Part shown: positions 60,285 to 64,000 of the stretch, in pieces
How positions within the stretch are numbered: position 1 is the stretch's first letter
Layout of the letters: the number at the start of each line of letters is the position of its first letter
Assembly (NCBI GenBank): GCA_963795855.1
Contig: CAWCIZ010000003.1
Coordinates: forward strand, 416,001 to 480,000
DNA from: Vulcanimicrobiota bacterium
GTDB lineage: Bacteria; Vulcanimicrobiota; Vulcanimicrobiia; Vulcanimicrobiales; Vulcanimicrobiaceae
Length of the DNA stretch: 64,000 nucleotides
Reading direction: 5' to 3'
The notes under the pieces: model-generated
What the model saw: only the letters and a program-made list of their open reading frames with translations
Database searches by the model: none
Told to the model about the DNA's origin: nothing
Program-made: the position numbers and the translations under genes

Positions 60285-61257
60285 ATGCTTCCCGGGCTGG
60301 TCTTGTGCGCCGCGTTAGCCGCGGCGGCTTTCGCGTTGGGCCGCGCAGTTCCGATGGTCGGCGGTCCGGTGTTCGGCATCGTCATCGGCGTCATCATCGC
60401 CGCTCTTCGTAAACCGCCGCCGGTGGTTGCGCAAGGCATAGCGTTTTCCGCAAAACAGCTGCTTCAACTCTCCATCGTGCTGCTGGGCTTCAATCTCCAA
60501 CTGCGGGAGGTGGTCGGCGCCGGTTTGCGCTCGCTGCCCGTCATGCTCGGAACGCTCGTCATCGTCCTGTGCATCGCGTACTTCGCCGGAAAACTGCTCG
60601 GACTGGATCGCGATCTTCGGCGGCTGCTTGGGATCGGAACGGCGATATGCGGCGGTTCTGCGATTGCCGCCCTCGCAAGCGTGATCGACGTGAACGAAGC
60701 GGATGTGGCGTATGCGATCTCCGCGGTTTTTTTGTTCAACGTCGCCGCGGTCCTCACGTTTCCCGCAATTGGGCATCTGCTCAGCCTCTCGCAGCACGCG
60801 TTCGGCTTGTGGGCCGGCACGGCGATCAACGACACGTCCTCGGTCGTTGCCGCCGGCTTCGTTTACGGCCACGCGGCCGGAACCCAAGCCGTCATCGTCA
60901 AGTTGACGCGGACAACGCTCATCGTGCCGATCGTGCTCTTCTATGCGGGCAAACGTTTGTGGGATTCGCGCGGCGCTGCGGGAGTCGACTGGATGAAAAT
61001 CGTGCCGTGGTTCATTCTGTGGTTCGTCGCAGCCGCGGTCCTGAACACGATAGGAGTCGTGCCCCCGGCGCTGCACGCGGCGTTCGCCGGGCGTCGCGCT
61101 GTTTCTCATCGTGATGGCGCTTACCGGCGTGGGGTTATCAGCCGATCCAAAAGCGATTCGCGCCGCCGGTGTACGGCCGCTCGTTCTCGGAGGCATTTTA
61201 TGGGCGTGCATCGCCGCGAGCAGTTTGGCGATCGCGCACCTCACGCATGCGACGTGA
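60285..61257 (+). CDS. YeiH/PSE family putative sulfate exporter (frameshift near 61088)
   Basis: LQLSIVLLG, GTAICGGSAIAA, WAGTAINDTSSVVAA, IVKLTR, VPWFI. Confidence 0.9.
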
Positions 61258-61262
61258 ATGCG

Positions 61263-61400
61263 CTACGCGTAGGTGTCGACGTTGCGTCCTATGCCGCGAG
61301 CGTTGAAATACCGCACGACCGCAGTAACGCGCACGGTGCGCAGCGGACGGGTCCGCTTCGCGGGCGGCGCGAACTTCGGTTTGAGGGCCAGCGGGAACAT
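61263..61400 (-). CDS. Putative 45-aa small protein
   Basis: ATG..TAG ORF MFPLALKPKFAPPAKRTRPLRTVRVTAVVRYFNARGIGRNVDTYA filling the yeiH-lysR gap. Confidence 0.4.
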   Translation of the reverse strand: MFPLALKPKFAPPAKRTRPLRTVRVTAVVRYFNARGIGRNVDTYA

Positions 61401-61430
61401 GGTCCGCGCGTTATACCCTGAATTCGCGCG

Positions 61431-62339
61431 TTATGGTGCCGAGCGCTCCCCTGCAGCAACCTTCGAAAACGTCGAAATGATGTGATGCCGGAAGCGCTGC
61501 GCCAATTCCGGCTGATAACGCCCCGGTTCCCAGAGTACTCCGATGCTGCGGCGGCAAATGGGTTCGGTGATGCGCAGTTGCGGCGGCGCGCTTTCCGCCG
61601 GCGAACTTGCCGCGGGAATTATCGCAACGCCCAGACCGACGGCGACCAAACCGCGAAGCGTTGCGATTTCCTCGCCTTCGAACGCAGTCTTCGGCGCGAA
61701 GCCGGCTCGCGCGCAGAACGCATCGGTTAGGGTGCGCAGACCGTACCCTTCGCGCAGACAAACGAACGTGTCGTCGCGCAATTCCGCGAGGCGCACCGTT
61801 TTGCGCTTCGCGAGCCGGTGATCGTTCGGGACAACAAGGAACAATTCTTCGGAAGCGAGTTCGATCGATTCGATCCGCTCGCTGGTCGGCGGTACCGGAG
61901 AGACCAGCGCCAGATCGACGTCGCCCGCCTCTAATTCTTCGAGAATGATGTGCGAGGCGTTCTGCAGCAGCTGAAACCGCGCGCGCGGATGCTGCCGGCG
62001 AAAACTCGCGATCAGGTCCGGCACGACGCGCGTTCCGAGCGCATGCGCGAATCCGAACGCAATCACGCCCGCGTCGCGGTCCGCCAAATCGGTGAGTTCC
62101 CGGCGTCCCTCCTCGATGGCCCCGAGCGCGCGTTCGACGTGACGCAAGAACGCTTCACCGTACCGGTTCAGCTTCACCGATCGGCCGCGATGATCGAAGA
62201 GCGCGATGCCGAGATCGCGTTCCAGGCGGGCCATCGCCCGGCTGAGTGCCGGCTGCGTGATGGCGACTTCCTCCGCGGCCTGGGTCACGTGCTGGGTGCG
62301 TGCGACCACGCGAAAGTACTCGAGCTGCTGCAGTTCCAT
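61431..62339 (-). CDS. LysR family transcriptional regulator (GltC/CynR-like)
   Basis: MELQQLEYF, TQAA...TQPALSR, LE..LG..LF. Confidence 0.93.
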   Translation of the reverse strand: MELQQLEYFRVVARTQHVTQAAEEVAITQPALSRAMARLERDLGIALFDHRGRSVKLNRYGEAFLRHVERALGAIEEGRRELTDLADRDAGVIAFGFAHALGTRVVPDLIASFRRQHPRARFQLLQNASHIILEELEAGDVDLALVSPVPPTSERIESIELASEELFLVVPNDHRLAKRKTVRLAELRDDTFVCLREGYGLRTLTDAFCARAGFAPKTAFEGEEIATLRGLVAVGLGVAIIPAASSPAESAPPQLRITEPICRRSIGVLWEPGRYQPELAQRFRHHIISTFSKVAAGERSAP

Positions 62340-62352
62340 GGTACCGGCACTT

Positions 62353-62368
62353 ATGCCTTAGAGAGCAT
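62353..62368. promoter_or_regulatory. Probable LysR binding palindrome in the divergent promoter
   Basis: ATGC-N8-GCAT, 13 bp upstream of the lysR start. Confidence 0.4.
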
Positions 62369-62509
62369 GAATTTTCCTCGAAACCAGCATTGGAAGGCAC
62401 CGGATTTGAGGGTACGATGAGGGTGCCCCGGCGCAACCCGCTAAACAGTGGGGTTCCGGGTTTTTCAGAGAGCTTCGAGTTGAGGGGTTAGGCGCCGGTG
62501 CCGGACACG

Positions 62510-64000
62510 ATGGTTCAAGTTACGCTTCCGGAGATGGGGGAGTCGGTCACCGAAGGCTCCATCGTGGAGTGGCGCAAGAAGGTCGGCGATTTCGTTGCTG
62601 AAGGCGACGCGCTCGTCGAAGTGACGACCGACAAAGTCGACGTCGAGGTGCCGGCAACGGTTTCGGGCGTCATCAAGCAGATTCTCGCAAGCGAAGGAGC
62701 AACGGTCGGCGTCGGCGCGGTGCTTGCAGAGATCGATACGTCGGTGAAAAGCAACGGCGCTGCAGTTTCGCAGGCCGCACCGGAACCAAAACTCGTCATC
62801 GTCGCGCTGCCTGAAATGGGTGAATCGGTCACCGAAGGTTCGGTCGTCGAATGGCAAAAGCGTCCCGGCGATTTCGTGAACGAAGGCGATCCGATCGTGA
62901 ACGTCACCACGGACAAGGTCGACGTCGAAGTGCCGGCGACTGCAGCCGGCGTGATTACGAAAATTCTCGCCGCGGAAGGCGCGACCGTGGCGGTCGGCGC
63001 GCCGCTCGCCGAAATCGACGCAAACGCTGCGCGCCCGTCGAACACTGTGAAAGGAAACGGCGCACCCGCGCGTCCCGCTCCGGTTTCGAAAACTCCTCAA
63101 GCATCGGCGACCGTGACCGCCGGCGGCGACGTGTATGCAACGCCGCAAGCGCGCCGCGCCGCACGGAAGATGGAGATCGACGTAGCGCGGGTGAAGGGAA
63201 CCGGACCGAACGGACTCGTGCTGCGCAGCGACGTCGACGCGCAAGGTCCGGCGCTGCCGAAGGCCGCAGCCAGCGCGGCCGCGTCGCCGCAATTGCCGGC
63301 CGTTTCGGCCGGAGCGAAGGTTACGCCGCTCAAAGGGCCCGCGGCTGCGCTTACGGGCTACATGGAGCAGAGCCTCACGATTCCGACCGCCACCAGCTTC
63401 CGTACGCTGGCGGTCGACGTGCTCGACGCTCGCCGTAAAGAACTGAACGCCGCGATCAAAGCTGCCGGGCGCAGCGAAAAAATTTCATTCACGCACGTGA
63501 TCGCATACGCGCTGGTGCGCGCGGCGCACGAACTGCCGTTCATCACCCATCATTTCCGGCGCGACGGCGATCGCCCCGTGCGCGTCGAGCCCGGCGTCCA
63601 TCTCGGTCTCGCGGTGGACGCGGAACGCAAAGACGGGTCGCGATTCCTCGTGGTGCCGGTGATCAAGAATGCAGATGCCCTCGACTTCGCGCACTTCCGC
63701 GCAAAATACGAAGAACTCGTGGGCTTGGCGCGCGAGAACAAATTGACGGCGGACGATCTGCAAGGCGCTTCGTTCACCCTCACCAATCCGGGCGGCATCG
63801 GTACCGCGGCCTCCGTACCGCGCTTGATGGCCGGACAGGGCGCGATCATCGCTGCCGGAGCGATAGGCTATCCGCCTGGTTTTGCCGGCGCGAGCGAAAA
63901 CGCGATCAAATCGATCGGCATCAGCAAGATCATGCAGATGACCTCGACGTACGATCATCGCGTCATTCAAGGTGCGCAGTCGGGCGAATATCTGCGGCGC
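62510..64000 (+). CDS. 2-oxoglutarate dehydrogenase, Kgd/OdhA-type acyltransferase domain preceded by two lipoyl domains and a PSBD (3' truncated by window)
   Basis: Two PEMGESVTEG...TTDKVDVEVP units; YATPQARR..KGTGPNG; IPTATSFR, KISFTH, LTNPGGIGT, TSTYDHRVIQGA; frame is open to the window end. Confidence 0.88.
   Translation, partial: MVQVTLPEMGESVTEGSIVEWRKKVGDFVAEGDALVEVTTDKVDVEVPATVSGVIKQILASEGATVGVGAVLAEIDTSVKSNGAAVSQAAPEPKLVIVALPEMGESVTEGSVVEWQKRPGDFVNEGDPIVNVTTDKVDVEVPATAAGVITKILAAEGATVAVGAPLAEIDANAARPSNTVKGNGAPARPAPVSKTPQASATVTAGGDVYATPQARRAARKMEIDVARVKGTGPNGLVLRSDVDAQGPALPKAAASAAASPQLPAVSAGAKVTPLKGPAAALTGYMEQSLTIPTATSFRTLAVDVLDARRKELNAAIKAAGRSEKISFTHVIAYALVRAAHELPFITHHFRRDGDRPVRVEPGVHLGLAVDAERKDGSRFLVVPVIKNADALDFAHFRAKYEELVGLARENKLTADDLQGASFTLTNPGGIGTAASVPRLMAGQGAIIAAGAIGYPPGFAGASENAIKSIGISKIMQMTSTYDHRVIQGAQSGEYLRR

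Noticed and set aside
62510..63020. DNA direct repeat at the start of the last gene
   Set aside because: It is explained by the two tandem lipoyl domains.

Overview
High-GC bacterial chromosomal segment made almost entirely of core and housekeeping genes. The gene content suggests a diderm Terrabacteria lineage, possibly Eremiobacterota/Vulcanimicrobiota-like; this is inference only. In order, it contains: a lipid A/LPS biogenesis cluster (lpxC-fabZ-lpxA-lpxB-metallophosphoesterase-LpxB-like GT-O-antigen ligase-lptC-lptB-lptF/G-DUF3084-yqgF); a TelA/XpaC-like/YbjQ cluster; recQ; dnaX-ybaB-recR; an arsenic resistance operon (arsR-arsI-acr3-arsC); a MoxR/DUF58/SpoIIM/RDD cluster; minC-minD-minD-minE-rodA; an RNase E/G with a long disordered tail; ftsE-ftsX-histidine kinase-REC/GGDEF-EnvC-ctpA-ctpA; rmuC; a DsrE-like/TsdA/YeiH sulfur module; and the start of a lipoylated Kgd/OdhA-type 2-oxoglutarate dehydrogenase. 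About 19 genes, including essential ones, carry single-base frameshifts that look like long-read assembly errors. I found no rRNA, tRNA, CRISPR array, integrase or transposase. The most interesting items are: (1) a GNR-type metallophosphoesterase coupled to lpxB, a candidate missing LpxH-step enzyme; (2) a highly structured ~290-nt intergenic element at 55746-56030; (3) two intact, diverged tandem minD genes plus a tailed MinE, preceded by a DnaA-box cluster; (4) a kinase/REC-GGDEF pair embedded in the ftsEX-envC-ctpA operon; (5) a lipoyl-PSBD-Kgd-type fusion. All family assignments come from motif recognition by eye, not from database searches.
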